From assembly GCA_964397195.1 (NCBI GenBank), contig CAYNGY010000003.1:69836-133835 (forward strand): 64,000 nucleotides of DNA, written 5' to 3'. The translations under genes were made by a program, and so were the position numbers. Shown here piece after piece: positions 55,917 to 64,000 of the stretch. The notes below the pieces were generated by a model. That model saw nothing but the letters and a program-made list of their open reading frames with translations, had not been told where the DNA came from and made no database searches. The stretch is from an uncultured Gammaproteobacteria bacterium (GTDB lineage: Bacteria > Patescibacteriota > Patescibacteriia > SBBC01 > CAIJZX01). Positions within the stretch are counted from its first letter, which is position 1, and every line of letters starts with the position of its first letter.

Positions 55917-56426
55917 ATGATCTACAAAATCCTTCTTCTCATCGGAAGCATCGCCGCCGTAGTGACCGCGTTCATGGTGACGAGCGTGAAACCGACGGAG
56001 GAAAAAATGGTGTTCACCGCGGAGCGCGGATTTACTGCCGAAACGTTAACCCAGGAAGCAGAGGCCATAGTGATCGGGACATTTGGTCCCTCACGAAGCT
56101 ATGTTGATACGTCCATTGGACAAAGTTTGGTTCTGACCGATTGGGAATTTACCCCAGCAGAAGTCTTGAAGGGCACCGTTGACCAGAAAATAACGGTGAC
56201 GCTCCAAGGTGGTCGAGCCGGCAAGGTTCAAGACCGAGCAGCTGATGTTCCGTCGGTGAAAAAAGGACAATTTGCACTACTCTATCTGACGAATGTTCCA
56301 CAGTACCACAAGTGGATTCCGGTTAGCACGTCGCAGGGTATACTCCTACAAACCAAAGGAGATAGTTTTAAGGATCACCTCGGTGCGTCCATTGAGCGTG
56401 TCCGTGCAAAGTCCATGATTAAATAA
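55917..56426 (+). CDS. membrane-anchored hypothetical protein
   Basis: N-terminal TM helix, 169 aa, immediately downstream of the protease gene. Confidence 0.45.
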   Translation: MIYKILLLIGSIAAVVTAFMVTSVKPTEEKMVFTAERGFTAETLTQEAEAIVIGTFGPSRSYVDTSIGQSLVLTDWEFTPAEVLKGTVDQKITVTLQGGRAGKVQDRAADVPSVKKGQFALLYLTNVPQYHKWIPVSTSQGILLQTKGDSFKDHLGASIERVRAKSMIK

Positions 56427-56537
56427 AAAGCGGCCGGGGTTCGTTCATTCGAAGCTAGGCCGGCTAGGAAAGCACCGGGCTACTCACCCGGTGTTTTCGT
56501 GCTCGCCGGCCGGTTGCTTCTCCGGTATGATAGAGAC

Positions 56538-56927
56538 ATGATTGAGCGAGAAATGTGCGAAAGATGGATCCGGGAAGCGGTGGAACGTATTCCGGCCCAT
56601 ATTCGTGACCGGATTGAAAATGTGGCCTTTATTCTTGAGGATCGACCGCGGCTCCCGCGGCCTGGCGAGTTAGGCTATCATGGTCACGGGGTGTTACTCG
56701 GGCTGTACCGTGGCATTCCGTTACCGACCCGAAATGCCGGGTATTCGATGGTTCCGCCCGACACGATTACGCTTTTCCAGGCGGCGATTGAAACGGTGGC
56801 GGGAGGGGAGCCTGATGATGTGAAACGAGTGCTCCAGGATACCGTTTGGCATGAAATCGCCCATTACCTAGGGATGAATGAATCCGAGGTACGGGCATGG
56901 GAGCAAAAACGGGGCCGGAGGACTTGA
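56538..56927 (+). CDS. zincin-like metallopeptidase-fold protein (DUF1025-type)
   Basis: C-terminal WHEIAHYLGMNE motif. Confidence 0.55.
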   Translation: MIEREMCERWIREAVERIPAHIRDRIENVAFILEDRPRLPRPGELGYHGHGVLLGLYRGIPLPTRNAGYSMVPPDTITLFQAAIETVAGGEPDDVKRVLQDTVWHEIAHYLGMNESEVRAWEQKRGRRT

Positions 56928-57061
56928 CGTCGGGTGGCTGAGATAGTATAGTGTTCTGGCATCCTTTCTTGTTCATCACGCACTCGGGCAGAATTTCCGC
57001 AAAGGTTAGCGATATTTCTGCCTGCGCGGACCTCCGCGGAGTGGGTGTTGAATACCATCAG

Positions 57062-57325
57062 ATGGCTGATATACCACAACGACCAACTCCAAATTCGAAC
57101 ATTACCGCTCGTCCGGACAAGGGATTTATCACGATGACCGCGACGGTCATTGAATCTCTCCCGGCGACGATGTTTCGGCTCCAACTGGAGAACGGTCATG
57201 AGGTCCTCGGACATCTATCCGGCAAAATGCGCCTTCATCGCATGAAGGTCTTGCCCGGAGATCGCGTCAGCGTCGAAATTTCGCCGTATGACCTGTCGAA
57301 AGGACGAATTGTTTACCGACTCTGA
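57062..57325 (+). CDS. infA: translation initiation factor IF-1
   Basis: S1-like core LP..MFR..LENGHEV..HLSGKMR...ILPGD.V..E.SPYDL.KGRI.YR. An alternative start lies at the internal Met. Confidence 0.8.
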   Translation: MADIPQRPTPNSNITARPDKGFITMTATVIESLPATMFRLQLENGHEVLGHLSGKMRLHRMKVLPGDRVSVEISPYDLSKGRIVYRL

Positions 57326-57330
57326 TTTCC

Positions 57331-57444
57331 ATGAAGGTACGATCATCCGTTAAACCCATCTGCGCTTCCTGTCGCGTTATCCGACGCGGGAAGAAGGTCA
57401 TGGTTATTTGTAAAAATCCTAAGCATAAGCAACGTCAAGGGTAA
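57331..57444 (+). CDS. rpmJ: 50S ribosomal protein L36
   Basis: The 37-aa product [37 protein letters not shown] is below the ORF-track cutoff and was found by manual translation. Confidence 0.85.
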   Translation: MKVRSSVKPICASCRVIRRGKKVMVICKNPKHKQRQG

Positions 57445-57446
57445 TT

Positions 57447-57842
57447 ATGGCTACTGTCCGTATCGCCGGTCTCACTCTTCCAGCAAAAAAGCGCGTCGAA
57501 ATTGCGCTGACCTATCTCTATGGAATTGGGTTAACCCGCGCCAAAGAAGTCTTAGTGGCCACCAAGATTGATGCCAATACGCGGGTGGAGAAGCTGACGG
57601 AAAAGGAAGCTAACGCGATTCGTGAAGTTGTCGAGAAGCAATATAAGGTAGAAGGCGACCTCAAGCGCCAGATTTTGCTTAATATCAAGCGATTGAAAGA
57701 AATCGGCGCCTATCGCGGCGTCCGTCATTCCCGAAATTTACCGGTACGTGGTCAGCGGACGAAGACAAATTCTCGTACGGTCCGTGGCAATGTCCGCCGG
57801 ACGATGGGAAGCGGTCGAAAAGCTGCCGCTGAAAAGACCTAA
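57447..57842 (+). CDS. rpsM: 30S ribosomal protein S13
   Basis: [25 protein letters not shown]. Confidence 0.95.
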   Translation: MATVRIAGLTLPAKKRVEIALTYLYGIGLTRAKEVLVATKIDANTRVEKLTEKEANAIREVVEKQYKVEGDLKRQILLNIKRLKEIGAYRGVRHSRNLPVRGQRTKTNSRTVRGNVRRTMGSGRKAAAEKT

Positions 57843-57853
57843 TCAATCGATGT

Positions 57854-58315
57854 ATGCCTGACGAATTGCAGCCAACCACTACTCCAGAACCAGTCCCACC
57901 GAACGACGAAACGTCGGCGGTTACGGCTGATGCGGCCGGTGCGGGAAAAAAGAAGTCGAAAAAGAAGTTCGTGACGGTTGGTCAAGCGCATATTCAGGCC
58001 ACCTATAACAACACGATCGTTACGCTGACCGATCAGACAGGAAATGTCTTGGCTTGGTCTTCCGCCGGAAAATGCGGGTTTAAAGGGCCGAAAAAGGCTA
58101 CGCCATACGCCGCCGGGGTGATTGTCCGCGATGTGGTGGAGCGGGTGAAGTCGATTGGGTTGAAGCAAGTTGATGTCTTTGTTCGCGGGGTAGGCATGGG
58201 ACGCGAAGCAGCCGTCCGTGCATTAGCCGGGGCTGGATTGCAACTGATGATTATTAAAGATATTACTCCGACACCGCATAACGGGCCGCGGGCTCGTAAA
58301 CCGCGACGCGTATAA
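57854..58315 (+). CDS. rpsK: 30S ribosomal protein S11
   Basis: GQAHIQATYNNTIVTLTD and GP.KATPYAA; the protein has an N-terminal extension. Confidence 0.9.
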   Translation: MPDELQPTTTPEPVPPNDETSAVTADAAGAGKKKSKKKFVTVGQAHIQATYNNTIVTLTDQTGNVLAWSSAGKCGFKGPKKATPYAAGVIVRDVVERVKSIGLKQVDVFVRGVGMGREAAVRALAGAGLQLMIIKDITPTPHNGPRARKPRRV

Positions 58316-58326
58316 TTCCCTGACGT

Positions 58327-58944
58327 ATGGCACGAAAGACCGGACCGAAAATTCGATACAGCCGACGCATTGGACAGCCACTGCTGTTTACGGCCAAAGA
58401 AGCGAAGATTTTGCAACGCCGGCCGTATCCGCCGGGACAGCATGGCCAAGAGAGCGGCCGCCGGATGTCTGGCTATGGTCTCCAATTGCGAGAAAAGCAG
58501 AAAGCGAAGCTCATCTATGGGCTCCTCGAACGACAATTCCGCAAACTCTTTGATGAAACACTGAGCATGACCGGGGATACCGGAGAATTACTGCTCCAAG
58601 TGCTCGAACGCCGACTTGATAACGTTGTGTACCGATTAGGGCTCGCCGGGTCGCGGGCGCAAGCACGTCAGCTTGTCTCGCACGGACACATTCATGTCAA
58701 CGGTCGTCTGGTCGACGTCCCGTCCTTCCGGGTCAGCATTGATGACGTCGTCACCATTCGTCCGCAGAGTTTTGAAAAGAAGTATTTCGAACCGATTAAA
58801 AAGAGCATCGTCAATCACCAGCCGCCGGCCTGGCTCCTCCTCGATCAAGGAGCGCTCTCCGGAAAAATCCTGGCCTTGCCGACTCGCGCCGATGTCGAGA
58901 TGCAAATCGATCCGCAGCTCATCGTCGAATTCTATTCACGCTAA
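58327..58944 (+). CDS. rpsD: 30S ribosomal protein S4
   Basis: S4 N-terminal region and the S4 RNA-binding domain ([25 protein letters not shown]). Confidence 0.92.
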   Translation: MARKTGPKIRYSRRIGQPLLFTAKEAKILQRRPYPPGQHGQESGRRMSGYGLQLREKQKAKLIYGLLERQFRKLFDETLSMTGDTGELLLQVLERRLDNVVYRLGLAGSRAQARQLVSHGHIHVNGRLVDVPSFRVSIDDVVTIRPQSFEKKYFEPIKKSIVNHQPPAWLLLDQGALSGKILALPTRADVEMQIDPQLIVEFYSR

Positions 58945-58976
58945 TTCATCCATTTACACGCATTTGGTCAGAACAT

Positions 58977-59792
58977 ATGGAGAATATCTCATTACCAAAG
59001 TCGATTCGACTCGTTGAAGATCACGGCGCCCGCGCCATTTTCACGGTTGAACCGCTCTACCCAGGATACGGCATCACCGTTGGCAACGCGTTACGACGCG
59101 TGCTGCTATCTTCGTTACCGGGTGCCGCGATCACGAACGTCCGTTTTGAGGGCGTCTCGCACGAATTTTCGACCCTACCGTACGTTAAGGAAGATGTGGT
59201 CGATATCATTTTGAACTTGAAGAAAGTGCGCTTGCAGTTACATGGCGATGGTCCGGCGACCTTGCAGTTGAAGGTCAAAGGCGCAAAAACCGTGACGGCC
59301 GGTGATATCCAGTCGAATAGCGATGTCGAAGTAATCTCGAAGGATCAGGTGATTGCGACGCTGACTGACAAGGCGGCGACCTTTGAATTAGAGCTGACCG
59401 TTGAGGCTGGACGTGGCTACATTCCGGTCGAACAACGTGACCGACAGAAAAATGCCATTGGCACGATCGCGATTGACGCTATCTACACACCAATTCGGAC
59501 CGTCAACTTCAGCACTCAGAATGTTCGTGTCGGTCAGATGACGAACTATGACCGCCTGCGGCTCGATATTTCGACGGATGGAAGCGTCACGCCAGAGGCC
59601 GCGATGCGCCAAGCCGCGCAAATCTTGCTCGATCATTTCTCGTTCATGCAGGCCACTCCGATTGAAACGGCCGCTGAAGATGCTGTGGCTGAAGTTGTTG
59701 ATGTGGCGCCGTCCGAGGCTGTCGCCGAGGAAACGGTCGAAGAAGAAAAGCCGAAGAAGCGCAAGTCGAAAACTGAGCAGTCGGAGGAATAA
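58977..59792 (+). CDS. rpoA: DNA-directed RNA polymerase alpha subunit, N-terminal domain only with an acidic tail
   Basis: alpha-NTD (EPL.PGYG.T.GNALRRVLLSS..GAAIT..). At 271 aa the C-terminal 45 residues are an E/A/K-rich low-complexity tail, with no alpha-CTD HhH. Confidence 0.88.
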   Translation: MENISLPKSIRLVEDHGARAIFTVEPLYPGYGITVGNALRRVLLSSLPGAAITNVRFEGVSHEFSTLPYVKEDVVDIILNLKKVRLQLHGDGPATLQLKVKGAKTVTAGDIQSNSDVEVISKDQVIATLTDKAATFELELTVEAGRGYIPVEQRDRQKNAIGTIAIDAIYTPIRTVNFSTQNVRVGQMTNYDRLRLDISTDGSVTPEAAMRQAAQILLDHFSFMQATPIETAAEDAVAEVVDVAPSEAVAEETVEEEKPKKRKSKTEQSEE

Positions 59793-59797
59793 GTACC

Positions 59798-60151
59798 GTG
59801 CGTCACCGTAAGAACAAAGTCACACTCGACCGGACGGCTCGCCAACGCAAGCCATTATTGCGGAATTTGATGATTTCGCTGATTGAGCATGAACGGATGA
59901 CGACCACCGCAGCGCGGGCGGCGGCAATTCGTCCGATGATTGAAAAACTGATTACGACCAGTAAAGCAGGGAGTCTCCATGCACGACGGCAGGTCCTGAT
60001 GTCACTCGGTCAGGCGGCCCCAGCCCATAAACTCGTGACGGTTCTTGGCCCGCGGTTTAAATCGCGAACGGGTGGCTACACACGAACGACGAAGCTTACG
60101 CCGCGTTCGGGCGATGGTGCTCAGCGGGTATTGATTGAATTTGTTTCGTAA
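59798..60151 (+). CDS. rplQ: 50S ribosomal protein L17
   Basis: MRHRKNKVTLDRTARQRKPLLRNL. Confidence 0.9.
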   Translation: MRHRKNKVTLDRTARQRKPLLRNLMISLIEHERMTTTAARAAAIRPMIEKLITTSKAGSLHARRQVLMSLGQAAPAHKLVTVLGPRFKSRTGGYTRTTKLTPRSGDGAQRVLIEFVS

Positions 60152-60155
60152 GTGT

Positions 60156-60506
60156 ATGAAGACCATTGAATTCAGCGCCAAAGGTCAGGTCCTTGGACGG
60201 TTTGCAACAAAGATTGCAAATACGTTGCGCGGAAAAAATACCGCTAGTTTTCGGCCCGATCGGATGCCCGACGTTCAAGTCGTCGTTACCGATGCTGAGC
60301 AAATTGTGGTGACGGGCGACAAGGAAACCCAAAAGACCTACTACCGTTTTTCTGGGTATCCGGGTGGGTTAAAGCGAGAGTCGCTAGCCCATGTTCGCGC
60401 GCGAAAGCCAGAACGTATTCTCTACTTTGCAGTCAAACGGATGTTGCCGAAAAATCGACTGCAAGCTCGATTCCTCAAACGTCTTGATATTCGAACCAAC
60501 GCCTAG
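60156..60506 (+). CDS. rplM: 50S ribosomal protein L13
   Basis: Matches L13 (GQ.LGR.A..IA..LRGK, YY..SGYPGG, PER.....V..MLPKN). Confidence 0.88.
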   Translation: MKTIEFSAKGQVLGRFATKIANTLRGKNTASFRPDRMPDVQVVVTDAEQIVVTGDKETQKTYYRFSGYPGGLKRESLAHVRARKPERILYFAVKRMLPKNRLQARFLKRLDIRTNA

Positions 60507-60516
60507 AATTTCTCCC

Positions 60517-61047
60517 ATGCCACGAACCCCAAAACCATCGACGACACATGCTACTGCGAAGCGGACGCCACGAGTGCCACGTGCACGGAAGTCAGCCGCC
60601 CATGTTGCGGAACCGATGGTACATGTGTCCCGCCCGAAAGTGCAGCGCACGGTGAAACGTACTTATATTTTTGCCGTTGGCCGTCGTAAAGAGGCGGTGG
60701 CTCGCGTTCGTTGGCATTTGGGACTACACGACGCAATGACCATTAATGGTCGGGCCATGGCCGATTATTTCCCGACGAAAGAGTTACAGATGCTCGTCCA
60801 AGATCCACTCGTGCTGACTGAGCAGGAGTCAAAAGGCTCGGTGACCGCCAAAGTTGCCGGCGGCGGCATTCAGGGTCAGGCCGAGTCGGTCCGATTGGGG
60901 ATTGCTCGCGCCTTGGTTAAAATGGACCCTGATTATCGGTTGGTGCTGAAGCGGGCCGGCTATCTTCGCCGTGACCCACGTGTTAAAGAACGTAAGAAAT
61001 ACGGACTGAAGCGTGCTCGCCGCGCGCCGCAATGGCAGAAGCGTTAA
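60517..61047 (+). CDS. rpsI: 30S ribosomal protein S9 with a basic N-terminal extension
   Basis: The S9 core (GRRKEAVARV....G.G...ING, GGG..GQA.S.RLGIARAL, C-terminal KKYGLK.ARRAPQ..KR) is preceded by roughly 45 extra basic residues. Confidence 0.85.
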   Translation: MPRTPKPSTTHATAKRTPRVPRARKSAAHVAEPMVHVSRPKVQRTVKRTYIFAVGRRKEAVARVRWHLGLHDAMTINGRAMADYFPTKELQMLVQDPLVLTEQESKGSVTAKVAGGGIQGQAESVRLGIARALVKMDPDYRLVLKRAGYLRRDPRVKERKKYGLKRARRAPQWQKR

Positions 61048-61055
61048 GCTAGCCC

Positions 61056-62531
61056 ATGGAGGCTGGCCGACAAGCGACAAGCGGTCGGGTCGCGAGAAAC
61101 ACGACCGTGCTGACTGTGGCGCTCGTTGGTCAGAAGTTTTTGTCGTTCCTGTATGTACTCATTTTGGTGCGGTTGATTGGTGTTTCCAGTGCTGGGGATT
61201 ACTATAGCTCACTTTCATTCATCGGGCTTTTTTCGGTCTTTATTGACCTCGGATTAACACAAGCATTCATTCGCCAAACGGCGCGTGATGAACAACAAGG
61301 GATCCGCGACCTGCGGATGATTGTGGCCATAAAACTGCTGACGGCGGTGGTGGTTGCGGCGGTGATGATCGGCATGGTTGTATTTTTACAACGGATCGGA
61401 CGATTTAGTACGGATATTCTGTACTTGAATATCGCGGCGGGAATCATGATTCTCGATTCATTCGTTATTACCTTCTATGGGTTCCTGCGAGGCATCGAGC
61501 ACCTCGAATACGAATCACTCGGGATCATCATCCACCGCGTGACGATAATGATTATTGGTATTACGTCATTATCGCTCGGGGCGCCGCATATTTGGTCGAT
61601 GGTGGCGCTCGGAACGGGGAGTGTCGCGAATTTATCATTTGTACTCTTCCAGTTATGGAAGCGTCGAGTGACCTGGCGGCCGCTGTGGCAGTGGTCAGAT
61701 ATACGCCGTCTCTTACGAATTGCCGCTCCGTTTGCGGTGGCCGCTTTTTTCATTGCTATCTATTCTTCCAGCGACAATATTCTCTTACAAATGTTCGGCG
61801 GCCGCCGTCCGGTCGGGTTATACGGAACGGCTTCGAAAATTATCGCGGCCTTTACCCAGATCTTCCCGTCCGCTCTGGTCGCCGCCGTTTTTCCGGCGAT
61901 GAGCGCTTCATTCGTATCAGATCGCGAAAAATTGCGTAGCATTTTTCAAAATGCCATGACGTACCTGATGGTGGTAGCCATTCCGCTCATGGTGGTTGTT
62001 TTTTTCCTGGCCCGGCCGATCATGCTAGCCGGGTGGGGGGAAGTTTGGGCTGACGCGATATGGCCACTTCGGGTTTTAGCCCTTGGCATGCCGTTTTTGT
62101 TCTTAAATTACCCGGTCGGGTATCTGTTAAACGCGACAAATCGCCAAACCCAAAATACGATTAATGTGGCGATTGTTGTTATCACTAACATTGGTGCCAA
62201 CCTCTTATTCGTTCGGTCCTATACGTTCCATTCGGTCGCGATCATCTCTGTTATTTCATCGGCCCTACTGTTCTTCCTAGGATTATGGCGAGTGCGGAGT
62301 GTTATTTCGATGCCGAGCAAGGAACTTGCCACTGTGCTCATGAAAACCTTGGTCACCGGCGCGTTCGTGGCCTGTATTGGCTGGGCACTGTTGCCGACCA
62401 TTCATCAGACTATCGGGGCGCTGGCTGTTGCGGCCGTGATGGGGACGGTGTACATTTTAGCCATGTTCGCATTTCGTCTCATTCGATGGGAACAGATCAG
62501 CGCCATCCTTCGCAAATTCCGGAGGGCGTAA
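61056..62531 (+). CDS. polysaccharide biosynthesis protein / Wzx-like oligosaccharide flippase (MOP superfamily)
   Basis: 491 aa with 12-14 TM helices and a typical flippase N-terminal profile. Confidence 0.7.
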   Translation: MEAGRQATSGRVARNTTVLTVALVGQKFLSFLYVLILVRLIGVSSAGDYYSSLSFIGLFSVFIDLGLTQAFIRQTARDEQQGIRDLRMIVAIKLLTAVVVAAVMIGMVVFLQRIGRFSTDILYLNIAAGIMILDSFVITFYGFLRGIEHLEYESLGIIIHRVTIMIIGITSLSLGAPHIWSMVALGTGSVANLSFVLFQLWKRRVTWRPLWQWSDIRRLLRIAAPFAVAAFFIAIYSSSDNILLQMFGGRRPVGLYGTASKIIAAFTQIFPSALVAAVFPAMSASFVSDREKLRSIFQNAMTYLMVVAIPLMVVVFFLARPIMLAGWGEVWADAIWPLRVLALGMPFLFLNYPVGYLLNATNRQTQNTINVAIVVITNIGANLLFVRSYTFHSVAIISVISSALLFFLGLWRVRSVISMPSKELATVLMKTLVTGAFVACIGWALLPTIHQTIGALAVAAVMGTVYILAMFAFRLIRWEQISAILRKFRRA

Positions 62532-64000
62532 CCACGCTCCTCCTGACCGCTTTCGCCCTACCGGACGAAGGTGGGATTCAGCGTAGTGTCCATCAAGTTG
62601 CGACTGCACTCGGACGGCGTGTGTTAGTGGTGGCGCCGCCCCATGAGGGTGGGGCGATGTTCGATCGGTCAGTTGCCTATCAGGTGTATCGTCGTGATAT
62701 CCTTGGAGGGCGTCAGTGGCCGTCATGGGGGTGGTTGGTTCGTTGGATGTGGGAGGCGCGGCGATCGAGCGCGCGAGTGGTCCTGTTCGGTCATTGCTCC
62801 GGAGCGTGTTTTGCGGCCCCGGTCTTTCGGTTGTTTGGATTTCGGTATAGCATCTTGGTTCACGGTCGGGATTTATTGGCCGAGCGTCGTCGGCGCAGCG
62901 GTTGGTACTTTGATTGGGTTTTACGACACGCCGATTGGGTTGGTGTGAACAGTTCGTTCGTGGCAAAACTTGTGCACGAGGCCCGTGTTCCGTACGGACG
63001 TATTGTACGAACGCACCCGGCCGTACCGGATGATTTGTTACGCGTGCCTTTGGGCGGACGGACACACCGCATTGTTACCGTTTCACGTCTGGTATGGAGA
63101 AAAAATGTGGATACAGCGATCGAAGCCTTTGCCCAGCTCGTGGCGCAAGATACCGAACTCATGTTTGATATCGTTGGTGATGGTCCCGAACGACCCGCGC
63201 TTGAATCGTTGGCTCGGAAATTGAAGGTGTTCGATCGTATTGTTTGGCACGGACATGTGAGTGACGCGCGCCGGGATGAAATTTTACGTCAGGCGAGTGT
63301 CTTTGTGATGGCGCCCCGTGTGGGGGAGTCGGGGACCGACGTTGAGGGGCTGGGGCTCGTATATCTGGAAGCGGCCGCTTATGGTTTGCCGATTGTCGCT
63401 AGTCCTACCGGTGGGGTCACCGATATCGTGGTGTCCGGCGTGACTGGGGCCTGTGTACATCCCGAATCTGTGACGGAGATGGCGCTGGCAATTCGCGGAT
63501 TCTTGGCCGATGGATTGCCGATGGACGCGCAAAAACGTCGAATGTGGGTGGAGCGGGAATTCTCGTGGCGGACGCGAAATATGCGGCTGCAAGCCTACCT
63601 TGGTGATCTGACGGCGGACATCGGCGTCGTGATTCCGGCTTGGAATGCGGCCGATACGATTGGTGATACGTTGCGTGGGTTGTTTGCACAAACACTCCTA
63701 CCGGCGAATGTGGTGATCGTTGACGATGGATCGAGCGACGGATTAGACGCAGCAATTGCGCCCTGGCGTTCGCGAGTGACGCTCATCCATCAGGCACAAG
63801 CCGGCGCCGCTGCGGCGCGGAATCGCGGCGCGCAAGAGATGAGCAATGAGTTTATTATTTTTCTTGATGCGGATATTGATCTCGTTCCTACGGCGTTGGC
63901 GGATATGGCCCGGGTCTTAGTCACGCACCCAGAAGCCGCGTATGTGTACCCATCGTTTTCTTTTGGCCCGAAAGCCTTCCACCTCCATGACTTTGATGCC
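62486..64000 (+). CDS. glycosyltransferase, GT4 domain followed in frame by a GT2 domain (partial, runs off the window)
   Basis: Manual translation in the frame not shown in the ORF track because no stop occurs. It carries the GT4 N-terminus LPDEGGIQRSVHQVATAL and ESGTDVEGLGLVYLEAAAYGLPIVASPTGG, then the GT2 motif IGVVIPAWNAADTI..VVIVDDGSSDG..FLDADID. The start is uncertain (ATG near 62486 overlapping the flippase gene). Confidence 0.55.
   Translation, partial: MGTDQRHPSQIPEGVTTLLLTAFALPDEGGIQRSVHQVATALGRRVLVVAPPHEGGAMFDRSVAYQVYRRDILGGRQWPSWGWLVRWMWEARRSSARVVLFGHCSGACFAAPVFRLFGFRYSILVHGRDLLAERRRRSGWYFDWVLRHADWVGVNSSFVAKLVHEARVPYGRIVRTHPAVPDDLLRVPLGGRTHRIVTVSRLVWRKNVDTAIEAFAQLVAQDTELMFDIVGDGPERPALESLARKLKVFDRIVWHGHVSDARRDEILRQASVFVMAPRVGESGTDVEGLGLVYLEAAAYGLPIVASPTGGVTDIVVSGVTGACVHPESVTEMALAIRGFLADGLPMDAQKRRMWVEREFSWRTRNMRLQAYLGDLTADIGVVIPAWNAADTIGDTLRGLFAQTLLPANVVIVDDGSSDGLDAAIAPWRSRVTLIHQAQAGAAAARNRGAQEMSNEFIIFLDADIDLVPTALADMARVLVTHPEAAYVYPSFSFGPKAFHLHDFDA

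Noticed and set aside
62457-63786. Minus-strand ORFs of 112-202 aa (62457-63065, 63284-63691, 63417-63755) and plus-strand ORFs 62643-62948 and 62970-63224
   Set aside because: They are antisense or off-frame with respect to an uninterrupted plus-strand frame encoding recognisable GT4 and GT2 motifs. Their products are Arg/Pro-rich low complexity.

Overview
This is a bacterial chromosome window, roughly 55-60% GC with compositionally distinct islands. Its conserved backbone includes recR-ybaB, dnaB, a DnaQ-like exonuclease, an ABC transporter pair, scpA-scpB-tpiA-gap, the hrcA-grpE-hsp20-dnaK heat-shock locus with a CIRCE operator, dut-msrB, ssb, the infA-rpmJ-rpsM-rpsK-rpsD-rpoA-rplQ-rplM-rpsI ribosomal cluster, and an mgtA P-type ATPase coupled to an NRAMP-family transporter. 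Lineage is uncertain: signals include short HrcA and RpoA, many microproteins, and TATACT -10 boxes close to start codons. Two tRNAs are present on the minus strand, tRNA-Lys(UUU) and tRNA-Glu(CUC). Between these blocks lie accessory segments. Immediately 5' of tRNA-Lys is a lower-GC island that begins with a two-gene CBASS-like module (SMODS/CD-NTase nucleotidyltransferase plus a 2-TM effector). That module is followed by a CsaA-like tRNA-binding protein and a run of small DUF1801, YdeI, DUF1428 and VOC paralogs. A roughly 6 kb high-GC island at 5.8-12.1 kb carries a CDP-alcohol phosphatidyltransferase, a hemolysin-III channel, a truncated GT-B glycosyltransferase and several uncharacterised genes, including a minus-strand three-gene operon with a zinc-ribbon protein. 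A cell-envelope glycosylation neighbourhood at 20.3-28.5 kb contains a GT-C/PMT-like transferase, a surface protein with 12-residue periodic repeats, a secreted protein and an N-terminally truncated class II RNR remnant. Several isolated high-GC orphan genes are also present at 39.3-40.3, 46.7-47.9 and 50.5-51.8 kb. A family of GC-rich nested hairpin elements sits at operon ends, and the dnaK 3' end plus promoter and hairpin block is duplicated around a microprotein gene. The CBASS-like pair is the most system-like finding, and the uncharacterised operons in the high-GC islands are the most likely places for genuinely novel biology.
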